Below the pieces are notes generated by a model. That model was not told the DNA's origin and did not search any database. It saw only the letters and a program-made list of their open reading frames with translations. Below are positions 21,308 to 31,815 of a stretch of DNA of 64,000 nt, one piece after another. Location: contig CAZOOV010000005.1 of NCBI GenBank assembly GCA_964581515.1, positions 75,025 through 139,024 on the forward strand, read 5' to 3'. The position numbers and the translations under genes were made by a program. Each line of letters opens with the position of its first letter. Position 1 is the first letter of the stretch. The DNA comes from an uncultured Methanosarcinales archaeon. GTDB lineage: Archaea; Nanobdellota; Nanobdellia; Woesearchaeales; JACJVV01.

Positions 21308-21592
21308 ATGGAAGTTGATAAAGAATTACTAGAAAAAGTAGCAACTGTCGCAAGACTTAAGTTAAGTAAGGAAGAAATAGATGAATTTATACCTCAAGTC
21401 AAAGATATTCTAGATTATTTCTCTGTACTGGAGAAAGTTGATACTAAAGATGTAAAGCCTTCATTTCAACCTATTGAACTTAAAAATAGATTACGTGAAG
21501 ATGTAGTCTCTGAACCATTATCTCAAGAAAAAGCACTAAAAAATTCAAAACAGAGCCAAGATGGATATTTTAAAGGCCCTAAAGCGGTTTAA
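21308..21592 (+). CDS. gatC: Asp/Glu-tRNA amidotransferase subunit C
   Basis: VARLKLS, LREDVV, GYFKGPKAV; upstream of gatA. Confidence 0.92.
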   Translation: MEVDKELLEKVATVARLKLSKEEIDEFIPQVKDILDYFSVLEKVDTKDVKPSFQPIELKNRLREDVVSEPLSQEKALKNSKQSQDGYFKGPKAV

Positions 21593-21608
21593 ATAACAGA
21601 TAACTAAA

Positions 21609-22964
21609 ATGACAGATGAATTAATCATAAAAGCAATTGAAGAAGCAAAGAAGCTTAATGAAGAATATAATTTCTTCAATACTATTTGTGAAAAGCCTCT
21701 TGAAAAAGAGCTTGGTAAAGGAAAATTAAGTGGATATGTAGTTTCTGTCAAAGACGCAATTAATGTAAAAGGAGTAGAAAGCACAGCTGGAAGCTCAATC
21801 CTTGATGGATATGAACCATTATTTGATGCTACTGCTGTTGAGAAAGTCAAGAATGAAGGTGGAATTATAATCGGTAAAGCTTCTCAAGATGCATTTGGTT
21901 TTGGAACATTCAATGCAAATGTTGGTGTAAGGAAAAAAGTTCCTCTAAATCCATTTGATAAAACAAGATCATGTGGAGGAAGCAGCGGAGGGTGCTGTGG
22001 GATAACACAGAAAAGTGAATTAAAACATGTAAGCCTTGGAGAATCAACTGGTGGAAGTATAGTATGTCCTGCAAGTTTTTGCGGAGTTGTTGGACTTTGC
22101 CCTACATACGGACGAATCTCTAGATATGGGCTTATGGATTATGGAAATAGTTTAGACAAGATCGGTCCTGTTGCTAAAAATGTACATGACGCTGCATTAC
22201 TACTAGAAGTTATTTCTGGATTTGATGATAAAGAAAGTACTTGTGCAAAAGCACCAGTTGATGAATATAGTAAATTTGCTGGTAAAGATGTAAAAGATAT
22301 GAAAATTGGAGTTATCAAAGAAGGGTTTGGCGAAGGAGTCAATAAAGAAGTTGCTAAAAAAGTAAAAGAAAAGATAGAAATTCTCAAAAAGAAAGGTGTA
22401 GAAGTTGAAGAAGTCTCAGTACCACTTAGTTCTGAGCATAGTTTGCCAGTTTATTATATACTCGCTATGTGTGAAGCATCTACAAATCTTGCAAGATACT
22501 GCGGTATGAGATATGGTGTTGCAACAGATCCGCTAAAAAAGAGTTTTAATGATTATTTTTCAGGAGTCAGAAGTGAAAATCTGAATAAAGAATCAAAGAG
22601 AAGAATCATGATTGGAACTTTTGCAAGGATGGCTGGTTTTAGGGATGCATATTATATTAAGGCTGCAAAAATAAGAACTATGATAATTAATGAATATAAG
22701 AAACTATTTGAGAAATATGACGCACTAATCTGTCCAACAATGCCAGTTATTGCTCCAAAGTTTGATGATATTGAAAAATTAACTCCTCTTGAGAATTATA
22801 TGATGGACATATTAACAGTGGGACCTAATCTTGCTGGACTACCACATATAACAATCCCATCAGGATTTACTCAAGAAATGCCAGTGGGAACAATGCTTAT
22901 AGGAGATCATTTTGAAGAGAAAAAAATAATACAATTAGGAAGTGCTATTGAAAATGAAGAATGA
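21609..22964 (+). CDS. gatA: Asp/Glu-tRNA amidotransferase subunit A
   Basis: VKD, GGSSGG, GESTGGSI amidase signature, NLARYCGMRYG. Confidence 0.95.
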   Translation: MTDELIIKAIEEAKKLNEEYNFFNTICEKPLEKELGKGKLSGYVVSVKDAINVKGVESTAGSSILDGYEPLFDATAVEKVKNEGGIIIGKASQDAFGFGTFNANVGVRKKVPLNPFDKTRSCGGSSGGCCGITQKSELKHVSLGESTGGSIVCPASFCGVVGLCPTYGRISRYGLMDYGNSLDKIGPVAKNVHDAALLLEVISGFDDKESTCAKAPVDEYSKFAGKDVKDMKIGVIKEGFGEGVNKEVAKKVKEKIEILKKKGVEVEEVSVPLSSEHSLPVYYILAMCEASTNLARYCGMRYGVATDPLKKSFNDYFSGVRSENLNKESKRRIMIGTFARMAGFRDAYYIKAAKIRTMIINEYKKLFEKYDALICPTMPVIAPKFDDIEKLTPLENYMMDILTVGPNLAGLPHITIPSGFTQEMPVGTMLIGDHFEEKKIIQLGSAIENEE

Positions 22965-23331
22965 ATTCCCTTCATTTATTGATTTCATAGAAGATAACTT
23001 CAAGAAGTGCCCATGGACTGGCAGCAGAAAGATAGAAGACTTCAAAAAAGAAGTGATCGATGAAGCAAATGAAGTCGCTAAAGCTATAGATAACAAAGAT
23101 TATGATAACCTAAAAGAAGAAATCGGTGATCTGCTCTGGGATACAATAACCTTAGCAAAGATTGCAGAGAAAGAAGGGCATTTCAATTCAGAAGATATAC
23201 TTAAAGAAATTAAGAAGAAAATAAACAGAAGAAAACCATATCTTGAGACAGGAGAAAAAGTAACTGTTGAAGAAGCAGTTGAGATATGGAAAAAAGTCAA
23301 AGAACAAGAGAAAGCAGATAAGAATAAATAA
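22954..23331 (+). CDS. MazG-family nucleotide pyrophosphohydrolase
   Basis: CPWT, EANEV, EEIGDLLW, KKINRRKP. ATG 22954 overlaps the end of gatA. Confidence 0.85.
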   Translation: MKNEFPSFIDFIEDNFKKCPWTGSRKIEDFKKEVIDEANEVAKAIDNKDYDNLKEEIGDLLWDTITLAKIAEKEGHFNSEDILKEIKKKINRRKPYLETGEKVTVEEAVEIWKKVKEQEKADKNK

Positions 23332-23344
23332 AAGGAATTAACAA

Positions 23345-24763
23345 ATGAGCGATAAATTCACATCAGATATTGTAATAGGACTTGAGATCCACATAGAGCT
23401 TAATACAAACAGTAAGCTTTTTTGTAGTTGTCCTACTAAAGGAAGTGAAGATCCAAATACTAGAACTTGCCCTGTTTGTTTAGGACATCCTGGAAGTAAA
23501 CCAGTATTGAATGCTAAGGCTGTTGAGTTTGCTATAAAACTAGGACTTGCATTAAACTGCAAGATTGATAAAGAATTGGTATTTAGCAGAAAGAGTTATT
23601 TCTATCCGGACATGGCAAAGAATTATCAGATTACACAATATGAACAACCATTATGTGTAGGAGGATTTCTACAGCTCAAAAATGGCAAAAAGGTAAATCT
23701 TACAAGAATACATATGGAAGAAGATCCTGCAGCATTAGTACATCCTTCAGGAATGCACGGTTCTGAATATGTCTTAGTCGACTATAACAGAAGTGGAAAT
23801 CCCTTATGTGAAATTGTTACAGAGCCTGATATGACTTCTCCTGAAGAAGCAAGGGAATTTATGAAGAAATTAATTACAGTACTTGAATATCTAGAGATAT
23901 TTGATGTAAATGAAGGAATAATAAAAGCAGATGCAAACATATCAATCAAAGAATCAGGTTATATAAGAAGCGAAGTAAAGAATGTAACTGGATTTAAAGA
24001 GATTGAAAGGGCACTAATGTATGAAGTTGAAAGACAAAAAAGAGCTGCTAAAGATAATGAGCCTTTTGTTCAAGATACCAGAAGCTGGGATCCGGATGTC
24101 GGGATAAGCAAGAGAATGAGAACAAAAGAAACAGAAGAAGATTATGGTTATATTATTGATCCTGACCTTGTCGTTACTGAGATAACTGAAGAGATGGTAT
24201 CTTCAATCAAGGAAAAGATGCCTGAAATGGCAGATGAAAAACACAGCAAATTCAAAGACCAAGGAGTTGCCGATGATAATGCTGAGATTATATCAAAAGA
24301 TAAGGGACTGGCTAAAATATATGAAATGATTTCAAAAGAGATTGATGCAGAAAAAGCATCTAAATGGGCTAGACGTGATTTAATGAAAGCATTAAATTAT
24401 CATAAGAAGAGCACATCTGATTTAGATACAAATAAGGTTATTCCTAAATTTATTAAGATACTTAAGGCTGAAACTGGGGGGATGATAACTCCTAAAGTCG
24501 CTTTTATGGCGACATCTTCTGTTGTAGCTGATTCTGAATTTGACGTTGATTCTGAACTTGAAAAGAATAAGAGTGTAGATGATGATTCTGCTATAGAAGA
24601 TATGTGTAAAGAAGTAATTAAAGAACAATCAGCAGCAGTTGAACAAGTGAAAGCTGGTGAAGAGAAAGGAATCAATTTCCTGATAGGGCAAGTTATGAGA
24701 AAGAGCCAAGGGAAAGCTAATGCTGGCAAAGTTAAAGAACTTATGTTAAAACTGATTAAGTAA
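23345..24763 (+). CDS. gatB: Asp/Glu-tRNA amidotransferase subunit B
   Basis: IGLEIHIEL, RKSYFYPD, HMEED, DYNRSGNPLCEIVTEPD, FLIGQVMRKSQGKAN. Confidence 0.96.
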   Translation: MSDKFTSDIVIGLEIHIELNTNSKLFCSCPTKGSEDPNTRTCPVCLGHPGSKPVLNAKAVEFAIKLGLALNCKIDKELVFSRKSYFYPDMAKNYQITQYEQPLCVGGFLQLKNGKKVNLTRIHMEEDPAALVHPSGMHGSEYVLVDYNRSGNPLCEIVTEPDMTSPEEAREFMKKLITVLEYLEIFDVNEGIIKADANISIKESGYIRSEVKNVTGFKEIERALMYEVERQKRAAKDNEPFVQDTRSWDPDVGISKRMRTKETEEDYGYIIDPDLVVTEITEEMVSSIKEKMPEMADEKHSKFKDQGVADDNAEIISKDKGLAKIYEMISKEIDAEKASKWARRDLMKALNYHKKSTSDLDTNKVIPKFIKILKAETGGMITPKVAFMATSSVVADSEFDVDSELEKNKSVDDDSAIEDMCKEVIKEQSAAVEQVKAGEEKGINFLIGQVMRKSQGKANAGKVKELMLKLIK

Positions 24764-25603
24764 ATGATAGGAATTATATTTGCATTAGGAGCAGCTGTTT
24801 CTTCAGGTGTTGGAAGAGTATTACATAGGCATTTACTGCCCAAACATGATTTAATTGCATATTCTTTTGTATTTCATGTATTAGTTGCATTATTCTTATT
24901 CCCATATTTCATAATCAGTTTCTCATTACCATCAACAATAACTGCCTGGTGGTATGTTATTATCTCTGGCATATTATGGATATTAATAACTATAGCAAGC
25001 TTTAAAGCTTTTCAACTGCTTGAAGTATCAGTAAAGGTGGTTGTAGATAAATTAAGAATAATATTCGTACTACTTTTTGGAATATTCATATTCAATGAAT
25101 CAGTCAGTATTGAAAAATTACTAGGAACAATGCTTATATTCGGAGGAGTTATCTTTATTTCCTATTCAAAGCATGCAAAAAAGATTCAGAAAAAAGGACT
25201 CATGTATGCATTTATATCAACAATTCTTATCGCAATAGTTACATTTGTAGATAAACATGCAATTAACTTTTTCAATCCAGGGATGTTTGCTTTCTTCAGC
25301 TTCTTTACACCTCTTTTCTTCTTTGGTCCACTAAGCCTAAATAAGAGAAAAGAAGTAATCAAATTATGGAAACATTGGCATTATATATTAGCAGTAGGAA
25401 TCACTGCAGGGTTATATTATGTTTTTGTCTTATTTGCTTATAAGCACATAGATGCATCAATAGTTATCCCTATTGTTGAAATCAGCGTGTTAATAACATG
25501 TATCGGAGGTATTATTTTTTTGCATGAGAAAAAAAATATATGGAGAAAAGTTATTTCTGCTCTGATTGTCATTGCAGGAGCTATAATTCTTAGCCTACAT
25601 TAA
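24764..25603 (+). CDS. EamA/DMT-family transporter
   Basis: About 10 transmembrane helices in two EamA repeats. Confidence 0.85.
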   Translation: MIGIIFALGAAVSSGVGRVLHRHLLPKHDLIAYSFVFHVLVALFLFPYFIISFSLPSTITAWWYVIISGILWILITIASFKAFQLLEVSVKVVVDKLRIIFVLLFGIFIFNESVSIEKLLGTMLIFGGVIFISYSKHAKKIQKKGLMYAFISTILIAIVTFVDKHAINFFNPGMFAFFSFFTPLFFFGPLSLNKRKEVIKLWKHWHYILAVGITAGLYYVFVLFAYKHIDASIVIPIVEISVLITCIGGIIFLHEKKNIWRKVISALIVIAGAIILSLH

Positions 25604-25630
25604 TAATTATTAAGTATATTAGAAATCTAT

Positions 25631-26371
25631 TTAATTACAGGAATCCCACATGAATTGAAAGAATTTTCTATATCCATCAGCGAGTTTCTGGCTTTTCATA
25701 ACAAACTGTATTGGTTCATCTGGAAGCTGGCCTGGCTGAACACCTATAAAAGTAACAACATAAGGTCCAAAGATATCGACCATTGTTGGACTGGAATAAT
25801 CTTTAGGAAGAAACTTATATGGTTTTCCTACAAATTTTAATATATCTGGCATTTCTTTTTTGACTTCCTGATCAAAAATATGCTTAAATTTAATTCCAAG
25901 TTTTTTACGTTCTCTTTGAAAATGAGGGAGAAAATGCTTTAATCGAGGATCAAGCCACATTGCTTTTGCCCCAATAAAATAAACTGTCTCTTTTGTCTTT
26001 AGAATTAGATTTAGATAATTCTTAACACCTTCAATACCTTTATAGATATATGCCTCTTCTTTTTCATCAATTGCTTGATACCTGGCCTGCATTTCAGGCA
26101 TGAAATTATTCACTTTTTCTTCTTTCTCTTTCAAGAGACTAAGAAGTTTTTGGGGGTTTGCGGGCTTAAAGTTCTTCTCGCCTTTTACAAACACTTCAGA
26201 AGCAAGACCTTTCTCTATAAGCTTGCTGAGAGCATCATACACATTCCTCCTATGTACGCTAGATTCAAGAGAGATGGATTGAACAGAAGATTCACCTATC
26301 TTAAGTAGAGCTTCATACACCCTTGATTCATTAGGGCTTAAACCCACATCCCTAAACAATTCTTCATACAT
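25631..26371 (-). CDS. TrmB-family transcriptional regulator
   Basis: GLSPNESRVYEALL..G, HRRNVYDALSKLIEKGL, YKGIEGVK. Confidence 0.88.
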   Translation of the reverse strand: MYEELFRDVGLSPNESRVYEALLKIGESSVQSISLESSVHRRNVYDALSKLIEKGLASEVFVKGEKNFKPANPQKLLSLLKEKEEKVNNFMPEMQARYQAIDEKEEAYIYKGIEGVKNYLNLILKTKETVYFIGAKAMWLDPRLKHFLPHFQRERKKLGIKFKHIFDQEVKKEMPDILKFVGKPYKFLPKDYSSPTMVDIFGPYVVTFIGVQPGQLPDEPIQFVMKSQKLADGYRKFFQFMWDSCN

Positions 26372-26414
26372 AATATTTTATAGGCACTATATATTTATAT
26401 GTTTTTGGGCATTT

Positions 26415-26429
26415 TGGTGATAATTACCA
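26415..26429. promoter_or_regulatory. Palindromic candidate operator between divergent promoters
   Basis: TGGTGAT-A-ATTACCA (6/7 arm match) between TATA boxes at ~26388-26400 and ~26439-26448. Confidence 0.45.
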
Positions 26430-26503
26430 CCACCAAAGTATATATAATTAAGAGGTTTTGCTACTAAATAGGTGTTTTTTGACTTCTAAGGTAGTTATAC
26501 GAG

Positions 26504-26833
26504 GTGAGAAGAATGACGTATAAAATAAAATGCAATATAGGAGGAGTAAAGTTCAGATACAAAGAGGATAATTTAGAAAACATAACGGGCAGATTTGCCG
26601 AAGAATACAGAAAAGGGATACAAAAACAGAAGATATATTCGGGGATCGGAATCCTTGCAGATATTGGATTTGGATGCTTACTCGCTGCATATGAAGGAAA
26701 TAGTGCAATAGAAGCAATGGGTTGGTTTGCTATAGGTGGCAATCTTATGATAGATTTTAACAAGTTTGTAAGTGCATATAGCGCTGAATTAAGAGAGAAA
26801 ACTAAAAAGGTGATGCAATATGGAACTGACTAG
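26504..26833 (+). CDS. Hypothetical small membrane protein
   Basis: Two Gly-rich hydrophobic segments; GAGGTGA SD suggests the true start is ATG 26513. Confidence 0.55.
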   Translation: MRRMTYKIKCNIGGVKFRYKEDNLENITGRFAEEYRKGIQKQKIYSGIGILADIGFGCLLAAYEGNSAIEAMGWFAIGGNLMIDFNKFVSAYSAELREKTKKVMQYGTD

Positions 26834-27296
26834 TTTTCATAATGAATATCGGATAAGAAGTAATGAAGTACACCATAATGCATGGGGTAAATTAAGTGCA
26901 TCCCCCAGGAGGATAAGAAGTAGTTTTTTAACAGATCTAAATGATTATTATAAAAGACCTCAAATGGTAACTGTGAAAATAGGAGGATTACAATATGGAC
27001 CATATTGGGATTATCCTTGCAAAGACAAAATGTTAGGTACTGCGGAAGAAAGCTTAGGTGTTGAATTAAGTGATAAACTAGCAGAAGAATTTTCAGATTT
27101 ATCAATAATCATGGAATTTGATATCCATTTGCAAGATAAATACTATAAAGCAGAAAATGGAGAAGCAAGAGAATTAGTAAGACCATACATAATGGAATTC
27201 TTTGATTATATGAGAGAAGACCTAAGGAAAAATAAAGAAATAATCATGAAGATTGATGAAGGAGGTATAAAAAATGAAAGTAGCAGAAAACGTTAA
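26820..27296 (+). CDS. Hypothetical protein
   Basis: Overlaps both neighbours; SD AGGTGA upstream. Confidence 0.6.
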   Translation: MELTSFHNEYRIRSNEVHHNAWGKLSASPRRIRSSFLTDLNDYYKRPQMVTVKIGGLQYGPYWDYPCKDKMLGTAEESLGVELSDKLAEEFSDLSIIMEFDIHLQDKYYKAENGEARELVRPYIMEFFDYMREDLRKNKEIIMKIDEGGIKNESSRKR

Positions 27297-27483
27297 TATT
27301 GATACATTCCTAGAAAGAGTGAAAGGAACATATATGGGGAATAATTATGTCTACCAAGTAAGGGTGCAATTTGATGATGGTGGACCACCTTTAGAACTTA
27401 AATATACAACACAGAAAGGAACAAGTATAGACCAAAGCCTAAGAAAAGGAACAATTGAAAGCAGTACTGATTATTTAGTCTAA
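27274..27483 (+). CDS. Hypothetical protein, possibly truncated by a premature stop
   Basis: SD GGAGGT upstream; the frame stays open for 31 more codons after the TAA. Confidence 0.5.
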   Translation: MKVAENVNIDTFLERVKGTYMGNNYVYQVRVQFDDGGPPLELKYTTQKGTSIDQSLRKGTIESSTDYLV

Positions 27484-27568
27484 TTGAGAAGGGAGAGTGA
27501 CATAAAGAAAGAAAAGTGCAACCAGGACAATGAAGATGAATTGATGTTATTAGAAATTAAAAAAGAGC

Positions 27569-28813
27569 TTAATCTTTGAGAAGTTCAACATCTTTCAATA
27601 TCCTGTCTTCGTATGTAGCGTTAGTCTCTCCTTCCATTTTTTCTTTGGAAAGCTGACCTATCAGAGACAGGATCATTGACTTCTCATGATCCGTATCAAG
27701 CCCTTCAATCTTAGTCTGGCCAAGATGCTCATCTATCACTTCTTGTTCAAGTATTTCTGGATTGAATGATTTCTTTACTTCTGTAAAGTCGGTTGATGCT
27801 ATAGCAGTAGTATTTTTCATGACAAAATAAGCCCCTTTCTCGTATAAACCGTGCATAATTGTCTTTAAGTCTATATCTAAGAGTTTACCAAGCTTAAGCT
27901 TGCCTTTGAGCCTAATTAGAATAATCTTATCACCTACATCTTTGTCCCTGAATCCTTCATGAAGCTTGAGCTCTACTTGTTCAGGAGTAAGATTAAGACA
28001 ATCTACTTCAACAAATATTGTATCTTTTAATTTAATTGCCTTGTACTCTATATTACCCTCATTATAAATAAAATATCCACCATGTTTTAATTTTTCTAAT
28101 TCTGAGAAAGAATTAGGAAATAATGGGCCTGGATAAATTACATTTTTGTAACCTTCAAAAGATTTATTCTCTATAATATGAACATGCCCTCCTGCGTAAT
28201 AGTCAAATCCTTTTGGAAGGAGGGAAATCGGAGAAGAATCCATTTTAGCAAGATCTTCTGGTTTCAATTCATCAATTGCTGTGTGGAAAAGAAATATCTT
28301 AAAACCTTGTTCAGATTCGAGCAAGGATTGATCAATGGATTCATAATAAGATTTTTCAAGCATGTTCTTCTTTCCAAGCATACCTGTGAGTTTTACTCCT
28401 GTCTTTTTGTCTTCTGTGAAAATAAGTTGTATCTTATTATTTTCGTTATTTTTGTTGTCTTTGTTACCTTCATTATCCTCAATCTGTTTTGCTTTAACTA
28501 CATTTATGAGCATATCAGCATGTTCAAGCACTTCAAGCATAGTCTTTCCAGAAGGAGAATAATCGTGGCTTCCAGGAATGATATAAACAGGAATATTATT
28601 TTGTTTTAATCTTTTCAACTGCTTGACGGTTTCTTTAATAAAATCGATATTTGGCAAAGATGTATTGAAAATATCTCCTGCAATCATAATAAAATCTACA
28701 TTTTCTTCAATACATTCATCTATTGCTTGCTTAAATGCAACAATCGTCAAGCTAGACATCTTTGGCTCTCTCCAACCACCAATATGAAGGTCAGCCATAT
28801 GAGCGAATTTCAT
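27569..28813 (-). CDS. mre11: Mre11/SbcD DNA repair nuclease
   Basis: ADLHIG, AGDIF, PGSHD, FHT, AGGHVH, YPG. Confidence 0.9.
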   Translation of the reverse strand: MKFAHMADLHIGGWREPKMSSLTIVAFKQAIDECIEENVDFIMIAGDIFNTSLPNIDFIKETVKQLKRLKQNNIPVYIIPGSHDYSPSGKTMLEVLEHADMLINVVKAKQIEDNEGNKDNKNNENNKIQLIFTEDKKTGVKLTGMLGKKNMLEKSYYESIDQSLLESEQGFKIFLFHTAIDELKPEDLAKMDSSPISLLPKGFDYYAGGHVHIIENKSFEGYKNVIYPGPLFPNSFSELEKLKHGGYFIYNEGNIEYKAIKLKDTIFVEVDCLNLTPEQVELKLHEGFRDKDVGDKIILIRLKGKLKLGKLLDIDLKTIMHGLYEKGAYFVMKNTTAIASTDFTEVKKSFNPEILEQEVIDEHLGQTKIEGLDTDHEKSMILSLIGQLSKEKMEGETNATYEDRILKDVELLKD

Positions 28814-28951
28814 GATAGAAATTGATAACTATAATAGATATATAAAAGGTTTTATGTGAAATGTCTAATGAAAATTTGAGGAAATAAAGAGATCAATAAT
28901 TAAAAAAAATAAATATAATATGAAATAGTAAAAATTAAAAGAATCAACTAA

Positions 28952-30763
28952 TTATTTCTTCAACATTATCTCAATCATTGATGAATATGCTGGTCTTGCT
29001 AAAAGAACACCAATACCCACTCCCACCATTGTAGTGATTGCAAACCCTCTTAGGAGTCCTGCACCAGCAAAGTAAAGCGGTACCATTGCACTAAATGTTG
29101 TAAGTCCAGCCACAAATATTATTGAGAAAGCTCTCTTAAGCTTTTGTAACCATGTTAATACCTCTGAAGACTTCTTCAAAGCTTCATCTGTGATGATGAT
29201 AAGATGGTCTACACCAGTCCCTATTACAATGATTATACCTGCAATAGCTGCCATATCCAGTTTCCAATTCATATAAGCTGCAAATCCAAGTAAAATTATC
29301 ATCTCTGAAAGAATAGTTAATATTATTGGAACAACAACATGTATCTTTTTATATACAATAAACATAATCAATACTACTGCTAAAAGTGCTACAAATCCAA
29401 CTAAGATTGCATTATTAAGGAACTCTTTTCCGAGTGAAGCTGAAATTGTATCAGTCTTTGTTAGATTAACAGTTACAGGCAATGAACCAGTCTTCAAAAG
29501 CGTCTGCATTTTCCTCATATTATCAAGAGTAATCTGTTGTGCTTCTTGAGGATTTGATCCTATGCCAGAACCTGAAATCTGTATATCTGTTATTGCTCTT
29601 CCTTTCAAATCTGCACCGATATTTAATGATTCTGTTGGATGGCCATCAAGATAAAAGTCTAGTTTCTGATCAAGATATTGATCTTCTTTTGGAATAACTT
29701 GGCCTTGGTCATTTACAGTGATTACACCTAATTTAGATGTTTCTTCTGCTTGTTTTTCAGCTGCTTCTTGTGAAAGTATTATACCAAACCTATATCTACA
29801 AGAATATAATTCATCATCTACTTGACTACATGGTTTAAAAGGATCAAGCCCTACACCTTCTCCTCCCATCCTTACATTCTTTATACCTTTGTCTCCTGTG
29901 AAAACTGTAACGTTCATTACTTTTGCTTCAAACACCCCTTGTTCCATAACTAATGATTTAACTTCTTCTTGACTAGCTCCTGGAACTTCAACCATAATAT
30001 ATCGTTTACCTGTCAAGTCAAATATAGGTTTTGGCTTGATATTAGATAATCCATAAACGTCTATTCTTCTTGTCATCTGTGTTATTAAAGTACTGAAATC
30101 CTCATCAGAGGTATTTGCTTCTGGTTCTAAAATAACACGTGTTCCTCCAGCAAGATCAAGTCCTTTTTGGATGTTTGAAAATGGTGCATCTATAACCTTT
30201 AAGCCAATATCTTCTACTCCTAGAATATGTTCTATTGTTTTATTTCGTGTAATCTCTTCTTGTAATATCTTATTTATGAATGTACCTGTAGCGTCTGTAA
30301 ATATTTCATAACCCTCATATGTAGAAGTAGCACTTTCATAGGTATCGTTTGCTTCAAAATAAACTTTCTCTGTTTTATTAACAGTTACAGTTTCAAGTTC
30401 TGCTGTTACTTCAACATCTATTATAGGCTGTAATTTTGGGAAATAATCTTTAATATTTGTCCTTATTTGTATAGTATCGTATGGTTGAAGTTTACTTATT
30501 TCATCCAAAGTTGAATAATAATCATCAAGCCCATTTATATCATTACCATTCATAGAATATATTATTTCATAACTCCTAGGTTTAGTACCTTGTTCTGGTA
30601 AAGAAATACCAGCAGTATCTGCGGAACTATTAGCACCTACAAATGTAATAGAAACTCCTTTTGGACTAAGATCGGGATTAATTGCTAAGAGTGAACCAAA
30701 TACGAATAATAAAAGCAAGATAATTCTCCAATTTGTAAATAGTTTCTTTATTTTTCTGTTCAT
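28952..30763 (-). CDS. secD: Protein translocase subunit SecD
   Basis: KGLDLAGGTRV, GSLPV, GTGVDHLII, LRGFAITT. Confidence 0.92.
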   Translation of the reverse strand: MNRKIKKLFTNWRIILLLLFVFGSLLAINPDLSPKGVSITFVGANSSADTAGISLPEQGTKPRSYEIIYSMNGNDINGLDDYYSTLDEISKLQPYDTIQIRTNIKDYFPKLQPIIDVEVTAELETVTVNKTEKVYFEANDTYESATSTYEGYEIFTDATGTFINKILQEEITRNKTIEHILGVEDIGLKVIDAPFSNIQKGLDLAGGTRVILEPEANTSDEDFSTLITQMTRRIDVYGLSNIKPKPIFDLTGKRYIMVEVPGASQEEVKSLVMEQGVFEAKVMNVTVFTGDKGIKNVRMGGEGVGLDPFKPCSQVDDELYSCRYRFGIILSQEAAEKQAEETSKLGVITVNDQGQVIPKEDQYLDQKLDFYLDGHPTESLNIGADLKGRAITDIQISGSGIGSNPQEAQQITLDNMRKMQTLLKTGSLPVTVNLTKTDTISASLGKEFLNNAILVGFVALLAVVLIMFIVYKKIHVVVPIILTILSEMIILLGFAAYMNWKLDMAAIAGIIIVIGTGVDHLIIITDEALKKSSEVLTWLQKLKRAFSIIFVAGLTTFSAMVPLYFAGAGLLRGFAITTMVGVGIGVLLARPAYSSMIEIMLKK

Positions 30764-31779
30764 TCTTGCTTACCTACTTTAGATTTTTCTTTGTTTTCTA
30801 AATACCAACGTAAAATACCTACATTTTGTATCCATGTACTAACTTGGTCAACTAATATCCCAATCAATAAAATAATCATAATCTGTTTTATGACATCTGA
30901 AGATGTTATAGATAAAGCAATCACGATTGCTATAAAAGTTGTAAAGTTCATTAATATGCCTGTTTTGAATGCTGAAAATATCCTTTTTAGGACTGTACCT
31001 TCTTTTCTTTTTAGAACACGGGTAGTAAGAAGAATATCTGTATCAACAGAATACCCAATAAGCATCAAAAATGCTGCAAGACCTGCAGTGGATATATTTA
31101 TACCAATTATGTTCACAATAGCTATTGTAATAACAATATCAGCAACAGCTGCAGCAATTACTGCCACACTCGGAATAAATGTCTTGAATGTTATAGCAAC
31201 AATTATTGCCATAAGTATAAATGAGAACAAAAGAGCAATCATAGTCTGTTTAAAGAATGATTTACCAATACTTGCTCCAACTCCTTCAGTTGAATAATCA
31301 TCTTCTACAACATTGAATTTTTCGCCAATTGCTAAAACAAGAGAGTTAATCGCAGTCTCATCATTAAGATCAAGTCCTGACTCGACAATAAAGGCTATTG
31401 TCCTTCCCCCAGATTGTACATTTCTAACATTTGTAGAAAAACCTTTTTTTGAAAGATGATCTTGCATAAACACTGTATCTACTGGAATTTCAGTAGGAAA
31501 TGATAAAGTAACACCTCCTTTCAAGGAGATATCCCTATTAATAAAATAATGGTCTTCGCTACTTGCAACCTGATATGAAATCTGCACTAAAGCAAGAACA
31601 AATAGTATAAGCGGAATTAACAATAGTAGTTTGTATTTATTAATATATAAATCTGTAAAATAGTTTTGTTTAGATGATTTTGGCTGTTGTGTTGATACTT
31701 CTTCCTGAGTAGAAGGTTGTTGTTCATTTAACAAAAGTTTTTTCTTTTGTCTTAGCCGTTTTTCTGCTCTCTTTGTCAT
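30760..31779 (-). CDS. secF: Protein translocase subunit SecF
   Basis: LKGG, LMLIGYSVDTDILLTTRVL. Confidence 0.92.
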   Translation of the reverse strand: MTKRAEKRLRQKKKLLLNEQQPSTQEEVSTQQPKSSKQNYFTDLYINKYKLLLLIPLILFVLALVQISYQVASSEDHYFINRDISLKGGVTLSFPTEIPVDTVFMQDHLSKKGFSTNVRNVQSGGRTIAFIVESGLDLNDETAINSLVLAIGEKFNVVEDDYSTEGVGASIGKSFFKQTMIALLFSFILMAIIVAITFKTFIPSVAVIAAAVADIVITIAIVNIIGINISTAGLAAFLMLIGYSVDTDILLTTRVLKRKEGTVLKRIFSAFKTGILMNFTTFIAIVIALSITSSDVIKQIMIILLIGILVDQVSTWIQNVGILRWYLENKEKSKVGKQE

Positions 31780-31815
31780 TATAATTCACATATCCTTTAA
31801 ATATATCCTTAATTT

